This document shows, one piece after another, positions 1 through 6,664 of a DNA stretch of 34,652 bases. The notes beneath the pieces are model-generated. The model was not told where the DNA came from, made no database searches, and saw only the letters and a program-made list of their open reading frames with translations. Position 1 is the first letter of the stretch. Every line of letters starts with the position of its first letter. The translations under genes were made by a program, and so were the position numbers. Source of the stretch: a virus. The DNA lies in the IMG/VR virus record IMGVR_UViG_3300025858_000008; one strand, given 5' to 3'.

Positions 1-127
1 AGCTCTGCTTGTTATCCAAAAACATACTAAGCAGACTAAACATGTCCCCGGTATTCGCCAAAAAGAGGCACAAATGACTGACATCCGCTATCAAGAGCAG
101 TGCGCTAACTGCGAGTGCGATATCTGG
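1..127. repeat. Terminal direct repeat copy 1, identical to 34526..34652. This is the assembly overlap of a circular or circularly permuted genome. It carries the 3-prime end of the membrane-protein gene 34387..34602 and the start of the remnant ORF 74..139.
   Basis: Read base by base: agctctgcttgttatcc...gcgagtgcgatatctgg is present at both ends of the window. Confidence 0.95.
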
Positions 128-139
128 CCTATCAGCTGA
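74..139 (+). pseudogene. Truncated 21-aa remnant (MTDIRYQEQCANCECDIWPIS*) of a zinc-ribbon gene, paralog of 2374..2535
   Basis: Positions 80..127 match 2386..2433 at 46 of 48 nt. The second CxxC pair is deleted. Weaker homology to the 3-prime end of the intact copy resumes out of frame at about 131..165. The ATG overlaps the TGA of the upstream gene. Confidence 0.6.
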
Positions 140-189
140 TGAGGAGGGAGAAGGTGAACAAACCTTATCACGAGACAGAGCATGGTGTT

Positions 190-235
190 CTGTATAAAAT
201 GCTTGACAAATATAGCTAATCATTTTGTGTTGCAC
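190..235 (+). promoter_or_regulatory. Candidate promoter P0 (CTTGACA, -35 hexamer at 203..208) driving the HNH-MTase cassette
   Basis: aaaatgCTTGACAaatatagctaatcaTTTTGTGTtgc lies in a non-coding gap, followed by an AAGGGG SD and ATG 248. There is no canonical TATAAT. Confidence 0.35.
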
Positions 236-247
236 TAAGGGGTAAAT

Positions 248-982
248 ATGATAAATTATTGTAAAACATGCGGAAAGAAATTGCGACACTTAAACGCAAT
301 ACAATGTAGAGAATGCTATTTGCAAAGCAGAAAAACAAATATATCAAAAACCATTTGTGCTGTTTGCGGCAAAGAATTTCAGTGCATACCATCAAGAATG
401 AATAAACGAGAAAGGCTTTGTTGTAGTAAAGAGTGTAGCTTTATTTTAAGAAACAAAAGAACTACAAGAGAATGCGCATATTGTGGCAAAAAGTTTACTG
501 GATTATACGCAGAAGTGCAACGTGGCAGGGCAAAATATTGTTGCAAAGAGTGTTATAATGCAGACAACAGGATAGAAAAAGTATGCCCAATATGCAAAAA
601 ACCATTTATCGTTTCAAAATCATTGTCAAATAGAACTTATTGTAGCATCCCATGCAAAGGCATTGGGCAAAGAAAAGGAAACAAAACATTGCTTGCAGCT
701 ATAAGAAGCACCTCGAGATATTACGAATGGAGAAAAAATGTTTATGAATCTTATAAGTTTATGTGTGCAGAATGTGGTGCAAGAATAACGCAAAAAAAGA
801 GACCCCACGCTCATCACATTATATTGCTTGCAGATTTGTTGACCAAATACGAAATAAAGACACTCGAGCAGGCATTATTGGATGAAAGAATTTGGGATGT
901 CAAGAACGGGGTATTGCTTTGTAAGCAATGCCACAACCTGCTCCACAGCAATCTTAAATTACAAATGGAAGTAGATTTATGA
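248..982 (+). CDS. HNH endonuclease with four tandem Cys4 zinc-finger-like modules
   Basis: Four repeats of CxxC-(10-13 aa)-C[CS]xxC, followed by a C-terminal HNH core (PHAHHI...NGVLLCKQCHNLLH). Confidence 0.8.
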   Translation: MINYCKTCGKKLRHLNAIQCRECYLQSRKTNISKTICAVCGKEFQCIPSRMNKRERLCCSKECSFILRNKRTTRECAYCGKKFTGLYAEVQRGRAKYCCKECYNADNRIEKVCPICKKPFIVSKSLSNRTYCSIPCKGIGQRKGNKTLLAAIRSTSRYYEWRKNVYESYKFMCAECGARITQKKRPHAHHIILLADLLTKYEIKTLEQALLDERIWDVKNGVLLCKQCHNLLHSNLKLQMEVDL

Positions 983-1809
983 TTACCCCATATCATGTTA
1001 GCGAATTTGGTTCATTATATCATGGTGATTGCTTGGAAGTGCTAAAGACCATGCCTGATGAGAGTGTGGAATTAACAGTTACATCTCCGCCTTATGATAA
1101 CTTAAGAGACTACAAGGGATATTCCTTTGACTTTGAAGGCATAGCCAAAGAATTACTCAGGGTTACTAAAAAAGGCGGGGTTGTCGTTTGGGTAGTTGGC
1201 GATGCGACAATAAATGGATCTGAATCTGGCACCAGCTTCAAACAAGCATTATATTTCAAAAAGATAGGATTTAATCTCCATGATACGATGATTTATGAAA
1301 AAGATACAATTTCGTTTCCAGACGCTAACAGGTATCAATCGCAGTTTGAATATATGTTTGTGCTAACTAAGGGGAAGCCAAATACATTCAATCCAATTAA
1401 AATAAAGTCATTATATCGTGCAGACAATAAACTCGTAACAGATAGGCAAAAAGACGGAACAACAAAGGGAAAACGAGTAGTTAGCAATTCCTCTGAGAGA
1501 ATTAAAGGAAATGTGTGGAGATATGCAGTGGGGTATAACAAATCATCATCATGCGATTATGTATTTAAGCATCCGGCGATATTTCCAGAAAAACTTGCTG
1601 CCGATCATATTCTGTCTTGGAGCAATGAAGGTGAAACTGTGCTTGACCCATTCAGTGGTAGTGGGACAACTATCACAATGTCTGCGAGATATTGCCGCAG
1701 ATACATTGGTATAGAGATAAGTGCAGAGTATTGCGAGATCGCAGCCCGACGCATCGAATCCGAGCTTGAGCAAACTACGATAAATCTGGAGGTATCAAAT
1801 GAATCCTAA
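979..1809 (+). CDS. DNA methyltransferase, beta-class N4/N6 amino-MTase. The SPPY motif hints at m4C.
   Basis: Motif IV (TSPPY) lies near the N-terminus and motif I (DPFSGSGTT) near the C-terminus. The start overlaps the HNH stop as ATGA. Confidence 0.85.
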   Translation: MITPYHVSEFGSLYHGDCLEVLKTMPDESVELTVTSPPYDNLRDYKGYSFDFEGIAKELLRVTKKGGVVVWVVGDATINGSESGTSFKQALYFKKIGFNLHDTMIYEKDTISFPDANRYQSQFEYMFVLTKGKPNTFNPIKIKSLYRADNKLVTDRQKDGTTKGKRVVSNSSERIKGNVWRYAVGYNKSSSCDYVFKHPAIFPEKLAADHILSWSNEGETVLDPFSGSGTTITMSARYCRRYIGIEISAEYCEIAARRIESELEQTTINLEVSNES

Positions 1810-2371
1810 GCAAGACATCCGCTATAATTTACCAAGGATAGTTACCAACCCGCAATTCTCATGTTATTGGGCTATGCCAAACAAGGATACATTTACCATT
1901 AAGCCCATAAATAACTTGCTATCGAGATATGTCGGTGATGGCAGAAATTGGATAGACCCAATGGCTGGGTTGAACAGCCCTGCCCAAGTCACAAATGATA
2001 TAAACCCAAATACAAACGCAATGTTTCACGTAGATGCAATGGAATTTATTGGCGATATGATAATCCTGTTTAATGGGGTATTATTCGACCCTCCATATAG
2101 TCCAAGACAGGTTTCTGAAATGTATAAAGGTTTTGGAGGCAAGGCTACTTCATGGGACACAACAATGTCTTATTACTCTAAGCTGAAAGATGCCATTTCC
2201 CCAATAATTAGAACGGGTGGCTATGCTATTTCATTTGGATGGAATAGCAATGGCTTTGGGATAGGCAGGGGATTTGAAGTGATAGAAATAATGCTTGTTA
2301 AGCATGGTGGGTGGCATAACGATACTATTGTAACAGTGGAGAGAAAGAAATGCAACATACGAAAGATTTGA
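1799..2371 (+). CDS. Small (190 aa) DPPY-motif DNA methyltransferase, probably N6-adenine
   Basis: IDPMAG (motif I-like) is followed by LFDPPYS (motif IV). The first 9 codons share a 21-nt identical stretch with the start of gene 2374..2535. Confidence 0.65.
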   Translation: MNPKQDIRYNLPRIVTNPQFSCYWAMPNKDTFTIKPINNLLSRYVGDGRNWIDPMAGLNSPAQVTNDINPNTNAMFHVDAMEFIGDMIILFNGVLFDPPYSPRQVSEMYKGFGGKATSWDTTMSYYSKLKDAISPIIRTGGYAISFGWNSNGFGIGRGFEVIEIMLVKHGGWHNDTIVTVERKKCNIRKI

Positions 2372-2373
2372 CA

Positions 2374-2535
2374 ATGCCTAAGCAAGACATCCGCTATCAA
2401 GAGCAGTGCGCTAACTGCGACTGCGACATCTGGATTCGTGACGGAGTGAGACACCTCATCTGCCCACACTGCGGGGCGAAGCTGAACGAATACTCATCAG
2501 AAGATGCAGAGGAGGGAGCGATTAATGAACCTTGA
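2374..2535 (+). CDS. Small zinc-ribbon protein (intact copy)
   Basis: MPKQDIRYQEQCANCDC...CPHCG contains two CxxC pairs. ATG 2374 lies 2 nt after the MTase stop. The track start at 2350 lies inside the MTase gene. Confidence 0.6.
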   Translation: MPKQDIRYQEQCANCDCDIWIRDGVRHLICPHCGAKLNEYSSEDAEEGAINEP

Positions 2536-2929
2536 AGAACTGCAAAAGCTGTGCGATAAGTCTATCCGGGCTATTGGCAAAATTGTCCCAAGCACTCAAA
2601 ATAGGATATATATGACCGCCATATCCGATCCCGACGGGAAGCATGGAGATGGTTCATATATGTATCCCAATACTGATTACCACATATCGAGGTGCTTCAT
2701 CAATCTATATGATTGCAATACATTAGATCAGGCATTGCATACCATAGCACATGAGATGGTGCATTGCCTGCTATATCGCTTTGATCACTTTTTTGCTGTC
2801 GTTAGCCCACTGCTGCTTTCCGGATCAGAGCAATCAATGTCTAAACTGCACTATCAAACTGCCGAGAACTTCGCAGAAATGATCACCCCAATAATCTACC
2901 AGTTATTGAAAAAGGAGAGAAAGCCATGA
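2525..2929 (+). CDS. SprT-like / HExxH zinc metallopeptidase-domain protein
   Basis: IAHEMVHCLLY motif. A GGAGGG SD lies upstream of ATG 2525. Confidence 0.5.
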   Translation: MNLEELQKLCDKSIRAIGKIVPSTQNRIYMTAISDPDGKHGDGSYMYPNTDYHISRCFINLYDCNTLDQALHTIAHEMVHCLLYRFDHFFAVVSPLLLSGSEQSMSKLHYQTAENFAEMITPIIYQLLKKERKP

Positions 2930-3111
2930 ACCTGAATAAATGCCGTGGCTGTCATTATGTAGTCTATACCCCCGATCCGATGAACTCGTGGTGTTGGAAA
3001 GACCAGAAAAACATCAGAGACATGGTTCGTTGTGCGCATGGGCATATTCCGGTAATGACAAATAACAAGATCAAGAAAGCTATTGGCAGCCCCAAAGTGG
3101 GGAGGTGGTAA
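2926..3111 (+). CDS. Small Cys/His-rich hypothetical protein
   Basis: AAGGAG SD. The ORF contains CRGC...CWK...CAHGH. ATGA overlap with the upstream gene. Confidence 0.5.
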   Translation: MNLNKCRGCHYVVYTPDPMNSWCWKDQKNIRDMVRCAHGHIPVMTNNKIKKAIGSPKVGRW

Positions 3112-3113
3112 GC

Positions 3114-3524
3114 ATGATAACGCTAACCATACCAATTAAAGCAGTTCCTAAACAATCGTTCCGGATAGGCAAACACAATTACCAATCAGCTCCAGTTCGC
3201 AGGTTTGCCAAAGCGGTCAAGATGTTAGCCTTGTCGCAAACCAAGCCATCTGACAGGTTGCTATTGTGTGCATTATCTGTTGACATTGACTTTCGGTATG
3301 CACTGCCAAAAGGAACGCCTAAGCACATCAAAGACAGACTTGCAAGCGGTGCGGTTATCCCGAAACTAACCAGACCGGATATTGATAATCTGTGCAAGGG
3401 ATTATTAGATGCTCTTTCCGGGGTCATGTGGGAAGATGATGCGATAATTACCAGCTTAACGGCAAGAAAAGTTTGGGCTGCCAAAGATGAGATTGTGGTA
3501 AAGATTTCTGTTGACACAACGTAG
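3114..3524 (+). CDS. rusA: RusA-family Holliday junction resolvase
   Basis: Typical RusA length and motifs (PKQSFR..., RPDIDNLCKGLLDALSGVMWEDD). GGAGG SD before ATG 3114. Confidence 0.8.
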   Translation: MITLTIPIKAVPKQSFRIGKHNYQSAPVRRFAKAVKMLALSQTKPSDRLLLCALSVDIDFRYALPKGTPKHIKDRLASGAVIPKLTRPDIDNLCKGLLDALSGVMWEDDAIITSLTARKVWAAKDEIVVKISVDTT

Positions 3525-3566
3525 TAACCTAAATACATTGTCAATGATCGTTCATTAGGTACTCCG

Positions 3567-3603
3567 AAGCTCGTTGACCTCCCGGTTGACGGGCTTTTTC
3601 TTT
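3567..3603 (+). terminator. Candidate intrinsic terminator ending the plus-strand arm
   Basis: Imperfect hairpin aagctcgttgac/gttgacgggctt followed by a tttttcttt run. Confidence 0.4.
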
Positions 3604-3605
3604 GC

Positions 3606-3641
3606 CTAAAAAATAGGGCAGGTCTTGTAAACATCCTGCCC
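3606..3641 (-). terminator. Intrinsic terminator ending the minus-strand arm
   Basis: 7-bp stem gggcagg/cctgccc (3616..3622 and 3635..3641). On the minus strand it is followed by tatttttt. Confidence 0.65.
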
Positions 3642-3748
3642 TGTGGTGCCGGTGTGGCTTGGGAGTAGGTAGCGTATTAGGAGCGTGTTATGGTAAAAGT
3701 ATGCAATCCCCATGTCTTGTTTTTAATGTATACAATTTGCTTGGCTTG

Positions 3749-4585
3749 TTATAAATAAACAGGCTCAAGGATTATCCTTGTTTGAGATTTATCATGCGTT
3801 GACGGGTAAATGCTTTGCCGAATAAGCCCGATTGCTGATTCCTTCCCCGGCTTCTGTTCAAAATAGCCATCATTGCCAAAAGCAGACTTAGCAAGAAAGC
3901 AGCCGTTGGAAGCAAACCATACATTGTCAGCACGCAGCACGTCATTGGTATATTGATGATATGTTGCCCTGTCTGTTGCCATTTGGTGCAAATGCCCCAT
4001 GACGTGTACATCAGCCATATCCCATCTGAACACGTCATAAACCTTGTTGATCGGATAGCCCTCACGCATGCCACCCCCACCAGCACCGTGGCAAACAACT
4101 ATCTTTACCGGGCAGGTTTTTTCCTTATCTCCTTTCCGGAAGAAAGTCAATGATATCCACGCTTTGTGTTTCAGGTTATCGGTTTTAATCGCATCGCAAA
4201 TATATTGTGTGCAGTCGAAAGTATTGTGCCGTTTGTAAGCATCCTCATGGTTGCCTGAGATTAAGCCAATGCACTTGTCAGCTATCGGTGCAATGTTATG
4301 AATGAACCTGTCGCATTGCGCTCTTGGCAGGTCTGAAAGGTCTCTGATGCCATAGTCTTGAGATATTTCACATGGATTGAAACGTGGATCGTGGTAATTG
4401 ATAGCATCAATGTAATCCCCTACCCCCACCCATGCGTCCCCATCACAGGCTATCATGGCAACAGCTTTTTTGAATTGTGCAGTGGTTTGATTAGCAGCAC
4501 CTTCATGGACATCGCCAAGATAATATGTTATGTGCGGTCTTTGCTTATACTCTGAGTTAGGTATTCTGATCGTTTTCTTTTCCAT
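3749..4585 (-). CDS. Calcineurin-like metallophosphoesterase
   Basis: The ordered motifs GDVHEG, GDYID, GNHED, CHGAGGG and MGHLH are present. GGAG SD. Confidence 0.8.
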   Translation of the reverse strand: MEKKTIRIPNSEYKQRPHITYYLGDVHEGAANQTTAQFKKAVAMIACDGDAWVGVGDYIDAINYHDPRFNPCEISQDYGIRDLSDLPRAQCDRFIHNIAPIADKCIGLISGNHEDAYKRHNTFDCTQYICDAIKTDNLKHKAWISLTFFRKGDKEKTCPVKIVVCHGAGGGGMREGYPINKVYDVFRWDMADVHVMGHLHQMATDRATYHQYTNDVLRADNVWFASNGCFLAKSAFGNDGYFEQKPGKESAIGLIRQSIYPSTHDKSQTRIILEPVYL

Positions 4586-4657
4586 CTCCTGGTTCCTATT
4601 TTATCGAATAGTTGAACAATCAAGGATTACTTACAAGTTCGATGTTTCTATGCTCCG

Positions 4658-5050
4658 TCAAGGATGCACTTCCAACAGCCTTGCCGTGTTCCTTACGTCA
4701 ATATGCACCCAATTAACATTTGCCTCGATGCAGGTGATCTCTGGGAATAGGCCGGAGCGGATGTCATTGCGCACCTGCTCTGCAGGTATGCCAAGCACAT
4801 CGAAGTCCACTGCACGGCCAAAGCGATGCTGTGAGTATTTGGCCCCCACATCTCCGGTCATTGGCCGGAAGCCACGGTTGCGGAAAGACCCGCCATGCAT
4901 CCAATTATTGACGGTTACGGGGCGGTTGTAATGCTCACGGATAGCGTCCAGGGTCATGAGCAGGCGTTCATCCATCAGAATAAGCCAATAAGGTTTATAC
5001 TCCTCTGAAGGCATCAGTTCGTACCATTTGAAGTGCCGGGGGATATACAT
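4658..5050 (-). CDS. Endolysin, M15-family (VanY / L-Ala-D-Glu peptidase-like) zinc peptidase
   Basis: SQHRFGRAVDFD and WVHIDV metal-site motifs. 130 aa with no binding domain. Directly downstream of membrane-protein genes. Confidence 0.75.
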   Translation of the reverse strand: MYIPRHFKWYELMPSEEYKPYWLILMDERLLMTLDAIREHYNRPVTVNNWMHGGSFRNRGFRPMTGDVGAKYSQHRFGRAVDFDVLGIPAEQVRNDIRSGLFPEITCIEANVNWVHIDVRNTARLLEVHP

Positions 5051-5052
5051 CT

Positions 5053-5352
5053 CTACCTCAGCACATTACCCTGGTATGTGCCAAAGATTGACACCACCAT
5101 GATAATCCAGTAGCCTGCGTTCCCGGCTGCGATGTCCACAATGCAGTCCAGCCATTTGCCGTCTTTCAGGTAGTCTTTGGCTTTCTTGCCTGAGAATAGC
5201 ATCTGAGCATACTCGAATAGCACAGTAATAGCAAACCAGCCCAGAGCCAGCGCATATACGCAGCTTTCTGCTTTGGTCAGATGCAATACAATGGCAGCGC
5301 CAATGCCTGTGAATAGCCCGGTAAAGAAGTGTCTCTTGATGTTGGTAATCAT
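5053..5352 (-). CDS. Multi-pass membrane protein, candidate holin
   Basis: About three hydrophobic helices. Located immediately upstream of the endolysin. GAGGTG SD. Confidence 0.5.
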   Translation of the reverse strand: MITNIKRHFFTGLFTGIGAAIVLHLTKAESCVYALALGWFAITVLFEYAQMLFSGKKAKDYLKDGKWLDCIVDIAAGNAGYWIIMVVSIFGTYQGNVLR

Positions 5353-5360
5353 TATTCACC

Positions 5361-5498
5361 TCAAGTTATGGTTATTTTCATTTGGATGTAACGCTTGGAT
5401 GGCGGGGTAGATGCCCAAGACAGGTTGACGGCGATTATTGCGGTCATGATTGCACTTATCAGTAAGTGCAGCCATTTGTCTTTGTTATTGATTTTCAT
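5361..5498 (-). CDS. Small single-TM protein (45 aa), absent from the ORF track
   Basis: Hand translation gives MKINNKDKWLHLLISAIMTAIIAVNLSW... It is tightly packed within the lysis cassette. Confidence 0.45.
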   Translation of the reverse strand: MKINNKDKWLHLLISAIMTAIIAVNLSWASTPPSKRYIQMKITIT

Positions 5499-5508
5499 TG
5501 TTAGATCC

Positions 5509-5604
5509 TTATAGTGCCGTCATAGCAGCGACGTATGCGAAAAACCAAGCTGCGGTACCAAGCAATAGCATAACACCACCGTGTTCCCATGTGTTAGTCA
5601 TCAT
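5509..5604 (-). CDS. Small single-TM protein (31 aa), absent from the ORF track
   Basis: MMTNTWEHGGVMLLLGTAAWFFAYVAAMTAL. GGAGGTGG SD. The start overlaps the upstream stop. Confidence 0.4.
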   Translation of the reverse strand: MMTNTWEHGGVMLLLGTAAWFFAYVAAMTAL

Positions 5605-5821
5605 CCACCTCCTGTGGATATTCTACCGATTCCACCAAACAGTCGTCAAAAAATATCTCTACGTGCGGGAGCACTTGCATCACATATCTGCCGTTCACGT
5701 CAAGACGTGGATTTTCTTCTGAATACCTATCAGTGCCGTTCCCGTCAGGGTATCTAAGAGCCTCTGATATTTCTGTGTTTTTTCCCAGATATGCTTCTAA
5801 TGTGTCAAATAATGCAAACAT
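5594..5821 (-). CDS. Hypothetical acidic protein
   Basis: ATG 5821 has a GGAG SD, whereas the track start at 5827 is GTG. It is packed between the LamG gene and the lysis genes. Confidence 0.45.
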   Translation of the reverse strand: MFALFDTLEAYLGKNTEISEALRYPDGNGTDRYSEENPRLDVNGRYVMQVLPHVEIFFDDCLVESVEYPQEVDDD

Positions 5822-5823
5822 AA

Positions 5824-6663
5824 TCACGCTCCATAGGTCGATTTTGTCAGGTCATATATTGACTTGAGTTGTGTAGGGGTCAGCACAGCATTGAATACCC
5901 CTATGTGGTTGGCTGTGCCAGCCAGTTGCCTATCTGCCGCAGCCCTATTGCCAACTGTAACTGGAGTAGTGCCAACGGCTGTCAAGTTTCCACCTCCAGT
6001 GATTGTCAGATGTCCAGCCGAGGTGAGACCACCATTAACGTATAAATTGATGTTATTGCTCCCTACGTCACCATCATAGGTAATTGCAACGAATGTATTG
6101 GCATTACGCACGTCCACAGTTCCGATGATTGCGTCCACCCCAGTCCCAAACCACCTAATCCAGCCACTAGGTCCATCACCAAGGATTCCCCATTTCCCCT
6201 CGCAGTTGAGAATGCGCGGAAATGCGGAGCCAGTATTAGAATAGTTTACCCATGAAAACAGAGTAAGCTTTTTAGTCACTGGAAACGCTACATCAGAGCC
6301 AGCACATGACAGCAGGTCATTAGAGCCGTCAAAGAGACCACCCGTTGCCGTGAGCTTAGGCTGTTGCGTTTCTGTGGTGTTCAGTACGTCATTGGCTTTT
6401 GGGGACATATCGTATATCTTCGTGATAAATGTATCCGCTCCAGCAGTGCGGGACTCCATGCCAGTCAAAATGTCTGCATACATGAGGCAATTAGGATACA
6501 GTCCAATTGCCACGATGTTGTCAATAAGCGATGCGGCAAGGACTGGATTAGCTACTTTCGATATGCCAATGCGATAAAAATACGCCAAAGCCTCTGCTGA
6601 GTATGGAGAGCCCGCCCCCCGCTGCGCCCCGAGGCCGAGACCCATTCCCATGCCGAATCTCAT
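5824..6663 (-). CDS. LamG / concanavalin-A-like lectin domain protein, probably tail-associated
   Basis: Pattern typical of Laminin_G_3 (LTLFSWVN...PRIL...WFGTG...FVAITYDG...NLYVNGG). Last gene of the tail block. Confidence 0.55.
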   Translation of the reverse strand: MRFGMGMGLGLGAQRGAGSPYSAEALAYFYRIGISKVANPVLAASLIDNIVAIGLYPNCLMYADILTGMESRTAGADTFITKIYDMSPKANDVLNTTETQQPKLTATGGLFDGSNDLLSCAGSDVAFPVTKKLTLFSWVNYSNTGSAFPRILNCEGKWGILGDGPSGWIRWFGTGVDAIIGTVDVRNANTFVAITYDGDVGSNNINLYVNGGLTSAGHLTITGGGNLTAVGTTPVTVGNRAAADRQLAGTANHIGVFNAVLTPTQLKSIYDLTKSTYGA

Positions 6664-6664
6664 T

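Larger units (their letters stand above)
128..2373 (+). mobile_element. Candidate inserted cassette: promoter, HNH endonuclease and two DNA methyltransferases
   Basis: Flanked by a decayed copy (74..165) and an intact copy (2374..2535) of the same gene. Visibly AT-rich by hand count: 18 G+C in 248..307 versus 32 G+C in 2374..2433. Confidence 0.45.

Noticed and set aside
3530-3560. TTGACA on the minus strand (gatcaTTGACAatgtatttagg) in the convergent gap, and another CTTGACA on the plus strand at about 6687 inside a gene.
   Set aside because: These would drive transcription antisense to RusA or to tail genes. TTGACA occurs several more times inside coding sequence (for example at about 25024, 28314 and 29380), so isolated hexamers are expected by chance.
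3690-3758. 22-aa hydrophobic Cys-rich micro-ORF (MVKVCNPHVLFLMYTICLACYK) with an AGGAG SD in the convergent intergenic zone; it resembles a type I toxin peptide.
   Set aside because: No promoter is discernible. It lies downstream of the plus-strand terminator and overlaps the 3-prime end of the phosphoesterase gene. It is too short to distinguish from chance.
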